Shown piece by piece: positions 1-8,939 of a stretch of 64,000 nt of DNA; position 1 is the first letter of the stretch, and the number at the start of each line of letters is the position of its first letter. The translations under genes and the position numbers were made by a program. The notes beneath the pieces are model-generated. The model saw only the letters and a program-made list of their open reading frames with translations. It did not search any database and was not told the DNA's origin. The DNA comes from Pseudomonadota bacterium (GTDB taxonomy: Bacteria > Pseudomonadota > Alphaproteobacteria > Acetobacterales > Acetobacteraceae), in the NCBI GenBank assembly GCA_018240405.1, contig JAFEFW010000636.1, positions 7,788-71,787 on the forward strand, read 5' to 3'.

Positions 1-194
1 GTGACGCCGTCGGGGCGCGCGATGATCCAGTCGGCGCCCCCAGGCAGGACGGTGCCGCGCAGCTTCGGCCCCTCAAACGTGCCGCCGGCGACGAGGCCGA
101 CGCGCCGGTTGCCGCCGGGGGTTTCGCCGATCGGCTGCAGGCCGCTGACGGCGAGTTTGAGCGTGAACAGGTGGGACGTCCGGATCTCGGCCAT
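1..194 (-). CDS. DUF3237 (UPF0311) family protein, 5' part only (runs off window edge)
   Basis: Not in ORF track. Manual translation from ATG at 194 with GGAGGA RBS: MAEIRTSHLFTLKLAVSGLQPIGETPGGNRRVGLVAGGTFEGPKLRGTVLPGGADWIIARPDGV, matching the G-G-x-F-x-G...G-x-V-L-P-G-G-A-D-W pattern of DUF3237. Confidence 0.75.
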   Translation of the reverse strand, partial: MAEIRTSHLFTLKLAVSGLQPIGETPGGNRRVGLVAGGTFEGPKLRGTVLPGGADWIIARPDGV

Positions 195-260
195 TGGGGC
201 TCCTCCGCTTGGGTGTTGCGGCGGGTTAGAGCCGATCCGGGGTGGCGAGACAAGGTGGCG

Positions 261-667
261 TCAGGGCGTTGCCAAGAAGTCCGCTGGCGACAGGATGGAA
301 ATGCCGCGCCAAGGATGCATCGACAGTAAGTGGCGGATATCGCTGCTGACCATCCCGTCTGCCCCGCCCTCGGCCGCAAGCGCGAGGTACTTGTCGTCCT
401 TCGGGTCCCGGCACTCCCGAACGGCGACTGTTGGTTCGATCATTTCCGCTGCGACCAGGAGAGTGTCTAGAAGGCATTACCTGCGATCCGCCGAAACAAA
501 GCGATCGAACTTCAAACGGAAAGGACGCCACTGTATTTGTCGAATATGGCTGACGATAGCAAAAGTCGACTTCTTGTTGACAGAGCACGAAGCAACGCAT
601 GCTTCGATATGCTGCCTGACTTCAGAGTAGGCGAGTTTAATGAGGATTCGTCGAAAGCGATCCTCAA
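261..667 (-). pseudogene. PIN-family toxin pseudogene (1-nt frameshift plus premature stop)
   Basis: TTG at 667 overlaps the antitoxin TGA. Frame 1 reads RIAFDESSL...SAIFDKYSGVLS; adding one base at 518-519 continues RLKFDRFVSADRR, then TAA (477-479), then CLLDTLLVAAEMIEPTVAVRECRDPKDDKYLALA...VSSDIRHLL. CRDPKDDKYL and SxD are PIN toxin motifs. Confidence 0.75.
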
Positions 668-903
668 CCCTGCCGCTCTGATCGCCAAGCGGCCACTTCG
701 GCATCGACGCGTTCATCCGTGAGGCCGTTGGCACGCGCCTCCTGCTTCAGATCATCGATGGCTTCTGCAAGCAGGTCGGTGATGTGGCGCCGGTTGAGCA
801 GGTTGCTCAGGACACGTCCAGCTGCCTCACGCAGCAAGGGCGTGTCCAGGGCGTTCGCGAGGCCAGGATCGACAGGAATTGTCACATCAACCATGCCGCT
901 CAT
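664..903 (-). CDS. Putative antitoxin, 79 aa, upstream of PIN pseudogene
   Basis: ATG at 903 with AGGAGG 7 nt upstream; MSGMVDVTIPVDPGL...EARANGLTDERVDAEVAAWRSERQG; stop overlaps the toxin start (TTGA). Confidence 0.65.
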   Translation of the reverse strand: MSGMVDVTIPVDPGLANALDTPLLREAAGRVLSNLLNRRHITDLLAEAIDDLKQEARANGLTDERVDAEVAAWRSERQG

Positions 904-1101
904 GGCCCGCCTCCTGCTCCGACGGTTGCCACAACGGTCGATAGTGTTGAAGCCAATCCGTATGCCTTGGCTGCGGCTGCAGCCAAGGAACGGAGGCACA
1001 TTACCGATGCCCTACTTGGGGGCCGGCCTGTGCGCATGACGCAAAACGCCTCGACCTTCCGGAGCCGTTGCGGTCAGCCGTAGGTGTCGTAGCGCCATGA
1101 A

Positions 1102-2703
1102 TCAATGCTCGATCCACAGATCCTCAAACCGGTAGCCGTTGTACGAGCTGTTCACCATCTGCGTGAAGCCATGCACCTGCGGCCACCAGCAGGTGCCGCC
1201 CTCCATATGCAGGATGATCGGGCGGGCCACATCGTTCTGCAGTTGCTGGTCGATCGCCCAGACCATCTTCTTGCGCTTCTCGACATCCGTCTCCTGCGAC
1301 TGCGCGTCGAACTGCTTTTCCAGTTCCGGACTGCAGTATTCGGAATAGTTCCGCTCCGACTTGCAGGCGAAGTTCTCGTAAAACGCCTGGTCCGGATCAT
1401 CCAGCGAGTTGCCGGTCAGGTTCAGGCCAACGGAATAATCCTTCTTCGCCAGCTTGGCGAACCAGACCGGGGTGTCCATCGGCTCAAGCTCGCCATCGAT
1501 CCAGATCTCCTTCAGATGGTCAATCAGGATCACCGCGGCATCGCGATAGGACGGGATGTTGCGTGTTGAAACCTTCACCGCCAGGTGGTGATCCGGCCCA
1601 TAGCCCAGCTTCTTCATGATCGCCCGAGCCTGCTCACGGTTCTTCGCGACATCCGGGTCGTAGCCGACCATCTGCTTTTTCATCTCGTCGGGCATGCCCC
1701 AGATGCCGGCGGGCGCGGGCAGCAGCGTGCCGCCGATCTCGGCTTTGCCTTCAAACAGGATATCAACGAACGCCTTGCGGTCGATCGTCAGCGCCATCGC
1801 CTGGCGGATGTCCGCGTTGTCGAACGGCGGCTTCTGGCGATTGACGATCAGGTTGGAGTTCACGTTCATCGGCCCGAAGGCGCAGATGGCCGTTGGCACC
1901 TCCTTTTTGATGTCGCGCAGCAGCGGCGGCGTCACCTCCAGCGGGAAGGTCATGTCCAACTTATGCGCCTGGAATGCGAGCATGGCCGTCGCCCGGCTCG
2001 TCATGATCGGCATCTCGATCGCGTCGAGGTATGGACGATCCTTCTTCCAGTAGTTCGGATTCTTCACCAGGCGAATCATTTCGTTTTGCTTAAACTCGGC
2101 CAGCATGAACGGGCCGGTGCCGATCGGCTTGGTCCGCTGCTGCGCCGGCGTGGCGTGGCACGGATACACCGCGCTATACCCCGATGCAAACAGCGCCAGC
2201 AGTGAAGGCTGCGGCCGGCCGAGCTGGAAGGTCACCTCGTGGTCGCCGTTCGGTACGACATCCTGGACGTTGTTCCACAGCAGCTTGCGCGGGTTCTTGC
2301 GCAGCTTGTCCTTGGCCTTGTCCTGGATCAGGTCCCAGGTGCACTTGACATCAGCTGCGGTGAACGGCTTGCCATCATGCCATTTCACGCCTTCACGCAG
2401 CTTGAACGTCAGCGACTTGTTATCCGGTCCCCAGGTCCACGCCGTCGCCAGTTCCGGCTCCAGCGACGCGTCGCTGTTCTGCGCCACATCCTGCTTGTAG
2501 CGAATGAGATTGTTGTACAGGCCCATGAACGGGACGTTGGTCGAATACGTCGCTTCCTCCAGCACAGATGCCGAGGCCGGGTTGTCGCGTTGATACATAT
2601 GCAAAGTGCCGCCGGGATGCGGTGCCGGATCCGCGGCGCGGGCGGGCGTGGCGGCAGCGATCGCGGCCAAGGCGGACGGTAAAACGAGAGTGAGAAGGCG
2701 CAT
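1102..2703 (-). CDS. ABC transporter substrate-binding protein, family 5 (peptide/nickel type)
   Basis: Signal peptide; PELATAW, FKLREGVKWHDGKPFTAADV, PIGTGPF and NPNYW motifs; 533 aa. Confidence 0.92.
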   Translation of the reverse strand: MRLLTLVLPSALAAIAAATPARAADPAPHPGGTLHMYQRDNPASASVLEEATYSTNVPFMGLYNNLIRYKQDVAQNSDASLEPELATAWTWGPDNKSLTFKLREGVKWHDGKPFTAADVKCTWDLIQDKAKDKLRKNPRKLLWNNVQDVVPNGDHEVTFQLGRPQPSLLALFASGYSAVYPCHATPAQQRTKPIGTGPFMLAEFKQNEMIRLVKNPNYWKKDRPYLDAIEMPIMTSRATAMLAFQAHKLDMTFPLEVTPPLLRDIKKEVPTAICAFGPMNVNSNLIVNRQKPPFDNADIRQAMALTIDRKAFVDILFEGKAEIGGTLLPAPAGIWGMPDEMKKQMVGYDPDVAKNREQARAIMKKLGYGPDHHLAVKVSTRNIPSYRDAAVILIDHLKEIWIDGELEPMDTPVWFAKLAKKDYSVGLNLTGNSLDDPDQAFYENFACKSERNYSEYCSPELEKQFDAQSQETDVEKRKKMVWAIDQQLQNDVARPIILHMEGGTCWWPQVHGFTQMVNSSYNGYRFEDLWIEH

Positions 2704-2857
2704 ACAGGACGTTCACTTTGCTGCGGCGTTGTTCGGCCGGCGCCTTATACGCACTTCCGCCGGTTTGGGAACGCCGTATTGGCAAATGCGTTTCCCAACG
2801 CACGGAACGGCGCCATCCGGGACCGCGTCGTCCATTCACAACTCCTGGAGATTGCCG

Positions 2858-3163
2858 ATGAAAGCGATTACCTCAGCCGCTCTAGCGGCGGCCATCCTGG
2901 CCATTCCCGCGCTTTCTGCTCCCACTCTGGCGCAGACCTCCTCGTCGCCGCAGCAGATGCTGCAGGGCCTGCTGAGCGGTAACAAGGGGCAGGACGACGC
3001 CGTCCGCGACGCGTTTGAGCGCGGCTACCGCGCGGGGCGCCGGGATGAGGCACAGCTGCAGGGTTCCAACGGCCAGACCAGCGGTTACCGGGACGGTGAA
3101 CGCGCTTATGGCAATAGCGGCGGCCGCTCAGGCAGCCAGGGCGGCAACGGCTATGCCCGCTGA
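2858..3163 (+). CDS. Small secreted Gly-rich hypothetical protein, 101 aa
   Basis: ATG at 2858 after GGAG; signal peptide MKAITSAALAAAILAIPALSAPTLA; AFERGYRAGRRD motif; Gly/Ser/Asn tail. Confidence 0.7.
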   Translation: MKAITSAALAAAILAIPALSAPTLAQTSSSPQQMLQGLLSGNKGQDDAVRDAFERGYRAGRRDEAQLQGSNGQTSGYRDGERAYGNSGGRSGSQGGNGYAR

Positions 3164-3169
3164 GAGCGG

Positions 3170-3183
3170 CTGATCTACATCAA
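3170..3183. promoter_or_regulatory. FNR/FixK-type box
   Basis: CTGAT-CTAC-ATCAA, a 9/10 match to TTGAT-N4-ATCAA, about 63 nt upstream of the USP start. Confidence 0.45.
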
Positions 3184-3245
3184 AGACGACGGGGTGCCGT
3201 CCCGCGCAAGGTGAGTCCTCGCATGCAGACGCAGCGAGGGAAGCC

Positions 3246-3671
3246 ATGCGCATTCTGGTACCGGTCGACGGCACCCCGGCCTCTCACAGAGCGGTAAAGC
3301 ATGCCGTTACACTGGCTGCCGGCTGCTTTGACGCGCATGTCATCCTGTTGAACGTGCAGAACCGGGCGTCGCTTGGGCTGTCGGACATCGGCGCAGAAGA
3401 GGTGTCCGATGAGGTCGAACAGGCGCAGCGCGTGTCGGAAAAGCTGTTTCACGGCGCGGCTGTGACCTGTCGTGAGGCCGGTATGTCATTTGAAACAATG
3501 GCCGAGGTCGGCCCGGTCGCCGAGACGATCGTCCGTGTGGCGCATGAGTTGAAAGCGGACCAGATCGTCATGGGCACGCGCGGGCTCAATTCCCTCAGTG
3601 GCCTGCTGATGGGCTCGGTGACGACGCGGACCGTGCATCTGGCGGATGTGCCGGTGACACTGATCAAATAG
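3246..3671 (+). CDS. Universal stress protein (UspA family)
   Basis: RILVPVDGT N-terminus; ADQIVMGTRG...LLMGSVT...VPVTLIK C-terminus; 141 aa. Confidence 0.92.
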   Translation: MRILVPVDGTPASHRAVKHAVTLAAGCFDAHVILLNVQNRASLGLSDIGAEEVSDEVEQAQRVSEKLFHGAAVTCREAGMSFETMAEVGPVAETIVRVAHELKADQIVMGTRGLNSLSGLLMGSVTTRTVHLADVPVTLIK

Positions 3672-3897
3672 TGGCATCCGGCACCGGCCGGATAACATGC
3701 CATATCCGTAATATAAATGTTATCATATCAGTATGACCGGCTGCCGAGGCCGACATAACTTTACTTCGCCATGGACTTGCCACGCTAAAGAGTTTGCAAG
3801 ACTGTGTCGTCGTCGCGGGTGGTCGGCCTGCACGCTGGACCATTTTGCACTGGCGCCGTAAGGATCGGTCCGGCGCACCGCCGCGACGGAGGTACGT

Positions 3898-4071
3898 GTG
3901 GAATATGTCCTGCTCCTGGCCAACCGTCTCGGCATGCCCAGGGTGCTCGACAAGCTGCCGGACTCGGGATTCGATTATACAACAGCTGCCGAAGCCTTTA
4001 TTCTTGCGGCTGTCGGTGTGATGGTTCTGCGCCTGCTGTGGCACCTGATCAAGCCGCCACGTGCGAAATGA
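3898..4071 (+). CDS. Small single-pass membrane protein, 57 aa (below ORF-track cutoff)
   Basis: GGAGG at 3888-3892, GTG 5 nt later; MEYVLLLANRLGMPRVLDKLPDSGFDYTTAAEAFILAAVGVMVLRLLWHLIKPPRAK; hydrophobic helix followed by a basic tail. Confidence 0.55.
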   Translation: MEYVLLLANRLGMPRVLDKLPDSGFDYTTAAEAFILAAVGVMVLRLLWHLIKPPRAK

Positions 4072-4155
4072 TCGCGGCGGTGCGCCACGATTGGCGCGCA
4101 TGATGATCCGGCCTAACCTGCTGATCGACACAGAACCAGCAGAGGAACCGCCGCC

Positions 4156-5268
4156 ATGCCCGAGACCTATCCGCTTGCCGAATCCAACCCTGCTGCCCTT
4201 GGCTTTACGCAGAAGCCACTGGACCACCTCGACACGCTGATCCGCGGGCATATCGCAGAAGGCCGCTACGCCGGCGCGCAGATTGCGCTGGCTAGGCACG
4301 GCAAGCTGGCGCTGTTCCAGACCTATGGCAATGCCCGCACCGAAGGCAGCATGGTCGCTGCCAGCAACGACACGCTGTTCCTGCTGTTCAGCCAGACCAA
4401 GGTGCTGACCTCCGCCGCGGTCTGGACTCTGGTCGAGGAAGGCAAGCTATCGTTCATGGACCGCGTCGCCGATCATCTGCCGGACTTCGCCGCCAACGGC
4501 AAAGGCGACATCACCATCGAACAGGTGATGACACACCAGGGCGGCTTCCCATCCGCCGATGTGACACAGGCGACGTGGACCGATCACGCGCTGATGCGCC
4601 AGCAGGTGTGCAACTTCTCGCTCGAATGGACCCCTGGCAGCCGGCTGCAATATCATGGTCGTTCCGCCCATCTCGTGCAGGCGATGGTGATCGAGGCCTG
4701 CACCGGTCAGGACTATCGCGACGTGATCCGCACCCGCGTGATTGAGCCGCTGGGTCTGGGCAACGACGTTTACGTCGGCGTCCCGGAATCCCAGCAGCAG
4801 CGCTGCGCCGATACCTATGCGCCGGAACCGCGCGACAACTCGGCGGCATTCCGCGCCGCCGGACTTCCCAGCGGTGGCGGCTACGCCACGGCGCGGGGCA
4901 TGGCCGCCTTCTACCAGGCGCTCGGCCACGGCGGAAAACTCGGCAATGTGCGCCTGTTCTCGCCCCGCCTGATGGCCTACGTCGCGCGCAACCACACGGG
5001 CGAGAGCCCGGACCACGCCATGACCATGATCCCGATGCATCGTGGTCTCGGGCCGCATGTGCGCGGCAGCAGCGACCGTATCCGTGGCCTGGGCACGATC
5101 GGCGCGCCGGAGACATTTGGTCATGGCGGCGTCGGCTCCTCGTATTCCTGGGCGGACCCGACCAGCGGCGTGTCATTTACCTATCTGACAAACTACGTCT
5201 CGCCCGATCCCTGGCACTCAATGCGCCTGGACCGCGTCGCCAACCTGGTGCACGCGGCGATCGACTGA
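4156..5268 (+). CDS. Serine hydrolase, beta-lactamase family
   Basis: F-S-Q-T-K (SxxK), ITIEQVMTHQGG, PGSRLQY, FGHGG, WADP motifs; 370 aa. Confidence 0.9.
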   Translation: MPETYPLAESNPAALGFTQKPLDHLDTLIRGHIAEGRYAGAQIALARHGKLALFQTYGNARTEGSMVAASNDTLFLLFSQTKVLTSAAVWTLVEEGKLSFMDRVADHLPDFAANGKGDITIEQVMTHQGGFPSADVTQATWTDHALMRQQVCNFSLEWTPGSRLQYHGRSAHLVQAMVIEACTGQDYRDVIRTRVIEPLGLGNDVYVGVPESQQQRCADTYAPEPRDNSAAFRAAGLPSGGGYATARGMAAFYQALGHGGKLGNVRLFSPRLMAYVARNHTGESPDHAMTMIPMHRGLGPHVRGSSDRIRGLGTIGAPETFGHGGVGSSYSWADPTSGVSFTYLTNYVSPDPWHSMRLDRVANLVHAAID

Positions 5269-5454
5269 CCGCGCCGGCGCGGACCGGGTGTTGCCAGCCG
5301 TCGGTCCCGGCCGCGCCGTCCGGCGTACCGTCGCTGCAACACCGGCACGGCTGCCGCCACCAAACCCAAAGATTACAATGCGCTCGAACGCCGCGCTGTG
5401 ATATCGCGTGATCTGGTCAGTGCGGGTTCAAGGGTGATGCGTCGCACAATCCGG

Positions 5455-6954
5455 ATGAAGGGTCCCTCCGTCCGCCAGGTCAGGCGCTATCTACGGATTG
5501 GCGTTAGCGTCGCGCTCCTGGGCGTGCTGGGGGCATGTGGCGGCACCACGGCAAAGCATGGCCGCTACAGCCCCACTCGGTATTATCCGCCTCCGGGCCC
5601 TCCCTCCGATCCCTGGGGCCCATATATCCGCGAAGCATCGGCTCGCTTCGACGTGCCAGAGCAGTGGATCCGCCGCGTCATGCGCCAGGAATCCGGTGGG
5701 CAGGAGGATGTCGTGTCCTGGGCCGGCGCGATGGGCCTGATGCAGGTCATGCCGGACACATACACCGAGCTGCGCGCCCGCTACGGGCTGGGCGACGATC
5801 CGTTTGACCCGCATAACAACGTCCTCGCCGGGACCGCTTACCTCAAGGAAATGTATAATCGCTACGGCGCCCCGGGCTTTCTGGCCGCTTACAACGCGGG
5901 TCCACGGCGGCTGGACCGCTATCTGAACAACGGCACGCCGCTGCCGGAGGAAACCGTTCAGTACGTGGCGGCGATCGCGCCGAATCTTGGGCCTGGAACG
6001 GTGATGAGCGGGCCGCTGGCGGTTTATGCTGGTGGTGGCACCCGCTACGCCGCCGTAGCGCGCCGCAGCCGTGCCGGATGTGATCCGGACGCAGCCTACG
6101 ATCCGGCCAGGCCCTGCGGATCCTCCGGGCGTGCAGCAGTGGCGGCCGCCACACCCCGATTTACGCCCGGTCCACCGGCTTCGAGCACCGGATGCGATCC
6201 GGACGCGGCCTATGACCCGACCCAACCATGCCGCCCGGCTGCGGTACGTGTTGCGGCGGTCGCCGCCCCAGCACCGTTCGTGCCCGGTCCGCCGGCTTCC
6301 GCCACCGGATGCGATCCGGATACGGCCTACGACCCGACCCGGCCGTGCCGCCCTGCCCCGGTCCAGGTGGCCACAATTGCCCCGGCGCCTTTCGTGCCCG
6401 GACCTCCGGCCTCGGCGACCGGATGCGACCCGGACGCGGCATACGATCCCGGCCAGCGCTGCCGGCCGGCACCGGTCATTGCCGCCGCCGCGCCAGTCTC
6501 TGCCGAACCGCTGGCACCACCACCATCGGCGCAACCTCAGCCCTTCCCATCGCAGAGCGCTCCGCCACCGCGTTCCGGGTATTTGCAGGCAGCCGCACCG
6601 CTGCCTGGCGGTGGCCGCCGGCCGATGCAGGAGGGTATGACCCAGCCCGCGACCTATGCGCCGCCCACGATGTCCGCGCCACCGCCGGCGCAGGGGGGGT
6701 GGGGAATCCAGGTTGGCGCGTTCGCCACGCTGCCCACGGCCGAGGCCGCCGCTCTGTCGGCACGTGCCGCTGCTCCGGATTTGCTGCGGATGACCAAAAT
6801 CGAGCTTCCGCCGACCACGCCGCTGGGCTCCCAGGTTGCCTTCCGGGCTCGGCTGACCGGTCTGACGCAAGCGGCCGCGACCGATGCCTGCGCCCGCCTC
6901 AGCGCCCGTGGCACAGCCTGCCTGACGTTGCCGCCGCAACGGCCGGCGTTCTGA
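5455..6954 (+). CDS. Lipoprotein lytic transglycosylase (SLT domain) with Cys repeats and C-terminal SPOR domain
   Basis: Lipobox LGAC (Cys at 5536); RQESGG catalytic Glu, GLMQVMP, AYNAGP; C-terminal WGIQVGAF...A..AC..L SPOR pattern. Start 5455 is preferred over the ORF-track GTG at 5398. Confidence 0.88.
   Translation: MKGPSVRQVRRYLRIGVSVALLGVLGACGGTTAKHGRYSPTRYYPPPGPPSDPWGPYIREASARFDVPEQWIRRVMRQESGGQEDVVSWAGAMGLMQVMPDTYTELRARYGLGDDPFDPHNNVLAGTAYLKEMYNRYGAPGFLAAYNAGPRRLDRYLNNGTPLPEETVQYVAAIAPNLGPGTVMSGPLAVYAGGGTRYAAVARRSRAGCDPDAAYDPARPCGSSGRAAVAAATPRFTPGPPASSTGCDPDAAYDPTQPCRPAAVRVAAVAAPAPFVPGPPASATGCDPDTAYDPTRPCRPAPVQVATIAPAPFVPGPPASATGCDPDAAYDPGQRCRPAPVIAAAAPVSAEPLAPPPSAQPQPFPSQSAPPPRSGYLQAAAPLPGGGRRPMQEGMTQPATYAPPTMSAPPPAQGGWGIQVGAFATLPTAEAAALSARAAAPDLLRMTKIELPPTTPLGSQVAFRARLTGLTQAAATDACARLSARGTACLTLPPQRPAF
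6076..6462 (+). repeat. Four in-frame tandem repeats GCDPD(A/T)AYDPxxxC, period 114-117 nt
   Basis: Units start at 6076, 6190, 6307 and 6421; linker FxPGPPASxT precedes units 2-4. Confidence 0.9.
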
Positions 6955-7100
6955 CAGGCGCGTCAGGTCGCGCATCCCACCGCACGCCAGGGCCTATGCC
7001 TGGCGGTGGCATGACGCCGTAACCCGGCTTCGGAAGCGTCGGCGTTATAGATGCTGAAACGCAACTTCCAGGCAGGCGGGTGGCGTGCTACTGACGCGGC

Positions 7101-8651
7101 ATGGGCACCGGCGACAAGACGCTGCTGCGCCGCGCGGCAGACGAACGCTACGGGACACGGTGGTTCGTCGGCCGCGGTCTCGACCTTGGCGTCAGCGTGG
7201 CGCCGCGGCAAGCCTGGTTCTCGGTGTTTCCCCGAATTGAGTCGCTCGAGCCCTGGCAAACCTTCGACGCTGACCCGGCATCGCTATCCCAGATACCAAG
7301 CGACGCATTTGACTTCATTTGTGCCACGGACCTTCTTGCCCACGTACCGCATCCCGAGGTGGCTCTGGCGAATTGGATCCGGGTGTGCCGGCCCGGCGGC
7401 CATATCGTGCTGACTGTTCCCGACGAGGATCGTTTTGAGCAGGGGCGGTATCCATCATCGTTCGAGCCTCGGCACACCGCAACGTTCACCATCCAGAAGG
7501 CACGGTCCTGGAGCCCGCGGTCGCGCAACCTGTTCGACCTGCTTCGGCCATTTGCCGACCAGATCGAAATCCTGCGCCTGGAGGTGCTGGATGCCGGCTA
7601 CAGTTATAAACCCGAGCGGCAGGACCAACACGCTGCGGGCACCACCGAGGCCGGAATCGAGGTTGTCCTCCGGAAGCTTCAACGTCCGCCGCGCCCAGGC
7701 GGTTTGGGACGGCGGCCTGTCCAGGTCCTGATGCGGCGGCATTGGGCGATGGGCGACGTCATCCTGACCACAGCTTTGATCGACCGAATGCTGGCGGTGT
7801 ATGGCAACGACGTCGCGATCGACGTCGCGACCGGCATGCCACATGTGTATACCGGCATGCCGCACGTCCGCACGGTAAATCCGGTTGACCTGCACTACGC
7901 CGATTACGACCGCGTCATCGATCTGGATGGCGCGTATGAGGCCAATCGCTCCGTCCATGCGATCGACGCCTACATGATCGTCGCATTCGGCGATGCGAAC
8001 TGGCCGCGCAAGGAGACAGTCTTGCGGCGGGACGTCCCCCGGCTGACAGCCACCGTCGACTGGCGGCGCGCCATCGTACTGCACGCGGGCATTCGCGACC
8101 GCAACCGCAGCATGCCCCGCCTGTTCTGGGAGACCCTGGTCGCGCTTCTGCTGCGCGGAGGATACGTGCCGGTGCTGGTCGGCACATCGGAGGATCACCG
8201 CTGGCCCGAGCGACTGGACATAGTTGACCTCTGCGGAGATTACACGGTGCAGGAGACCGCCTGGATGATTGCCCAGGCGGCCTGCTTCTTCAGTCTTGAT
8301 ACCGGCGTAGGCCATATTGCCGGGACGACGGACACGCCTATGGTCACGCTGTTCACCTCGGTCCGGCCCCAGAACCGGATGCGCTGGAGACATGGCGTTC
8401 TCGGCTGGCGTGTTACGCCGCTGGTCCCTGAACTGGACTGCGTCGGCTGCCATTCGGGCCCCTGCCCGCTCGGCCACTACGGCTGTACGGAGGGCCCGAA
8501 AGCGGTGACGGCTGAGACCGTGTACGCAGCGATCGTTCGCAGCGTGGAGACGGCACATGGGGAGGCGGCCCAAGGACACACTGCGCCTCTTGCCGAGGCT
8601 GCGCAGCTTACGTTCATAGGCTCCTGCGATGACAGTGGCTCAGCTGCTTGA
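7101..8651 (+). CDS. Class I methyltransferase-like domain fused to GT9 (heptosyltransferase-like) glycosyltransferase
   Basis: N-terminal FDFIC...NWIRVCRPGGHIVLTVPD; C-terminal AMGDVILTT, IAQAACFFSLDTGVGHIAG and CxxC-x4-C-x6-C tail typical of GT9. Confidence 0.8.
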   Translation: MGTGDKTLLRRAADERYGTRWFVGRGLDLGVSVAPRQAWFSVFPRIESLEPWQTFDADPASLSQIPSDAFDFICATDLLAHVPHPEVALANWIRVCRPGGHIVLTVPDEDRFEQGRYPSSFEPRHTATFTIQKARSWSPRSRNLFDLLRPFADQIEILRLEVLDAGYSYKPERQDQHAAGTTEAGIEVVLRKLQRPPRPGGLGRRPVQVLMRRHWAMGDVILTTALIDRMLAVYGNDVAIDVATGMPHVYTGMPHVRTVNPVDLHYADYDRVIDLDGAYEANRSVHAIDAYMIVAFGDANWPRKETVLRRDVPRLTATVDWRRAIVLHAGIRDRNRSMPRLFWETLVALLLRGGYVPVLVGTSEDHRWPERLDIVDLCGDYTVQETAWMIAQAACFFSLDTGVGHIAGTTDTPMVTLFTSVRPQNRMRWRHGVLGWRVTPLVPELDCVGCHSGPCPLGHYGCTEGPKAVTAETVYAAIVRSVETAHGEAAQGHTAPLAEAAQLTFIGSCDDSGSAA

Positions 8652-8939
8652 GATTCAAGACGTTCTGTTTTCAGGCCGTGAAGCTGCCGACGCCGCTCGC
8701 GCGACACCTCCGGGACATCAGGTCCGGAGGCGATCAGGTCCCTCCGGACTAAGACCCGAGCCAGACCAGACAATGATCGCGAAGCGTATGCATGCCGGTT
8801 TTCGTCAATCTACCACTCGCGTGGACACTCGCAGCCCGACTACGATGACGTCAGCTGAGCACCTGATTGACACGACAGGTGTTAAACTCAAAGGTATCTA
8901 TGCGGCAAGACAACGCTTACCTCAGCTGAGATAATAACG

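Noticed and set aside
6076-6462. Regularly spaced DNA repeats as a possible CRISPR array
   Set aside because: The units are in frame, vary at synonymous positions, have related spacers, and no cas genes are present.
8652-8939. Riboswitch or ncRNA in the gap before the methyltransferase-TPR gene
   Set aside because: Only short imperfect hairpins (CCTCCGG...CCGGAGG); no recognisable aptamer consensus.
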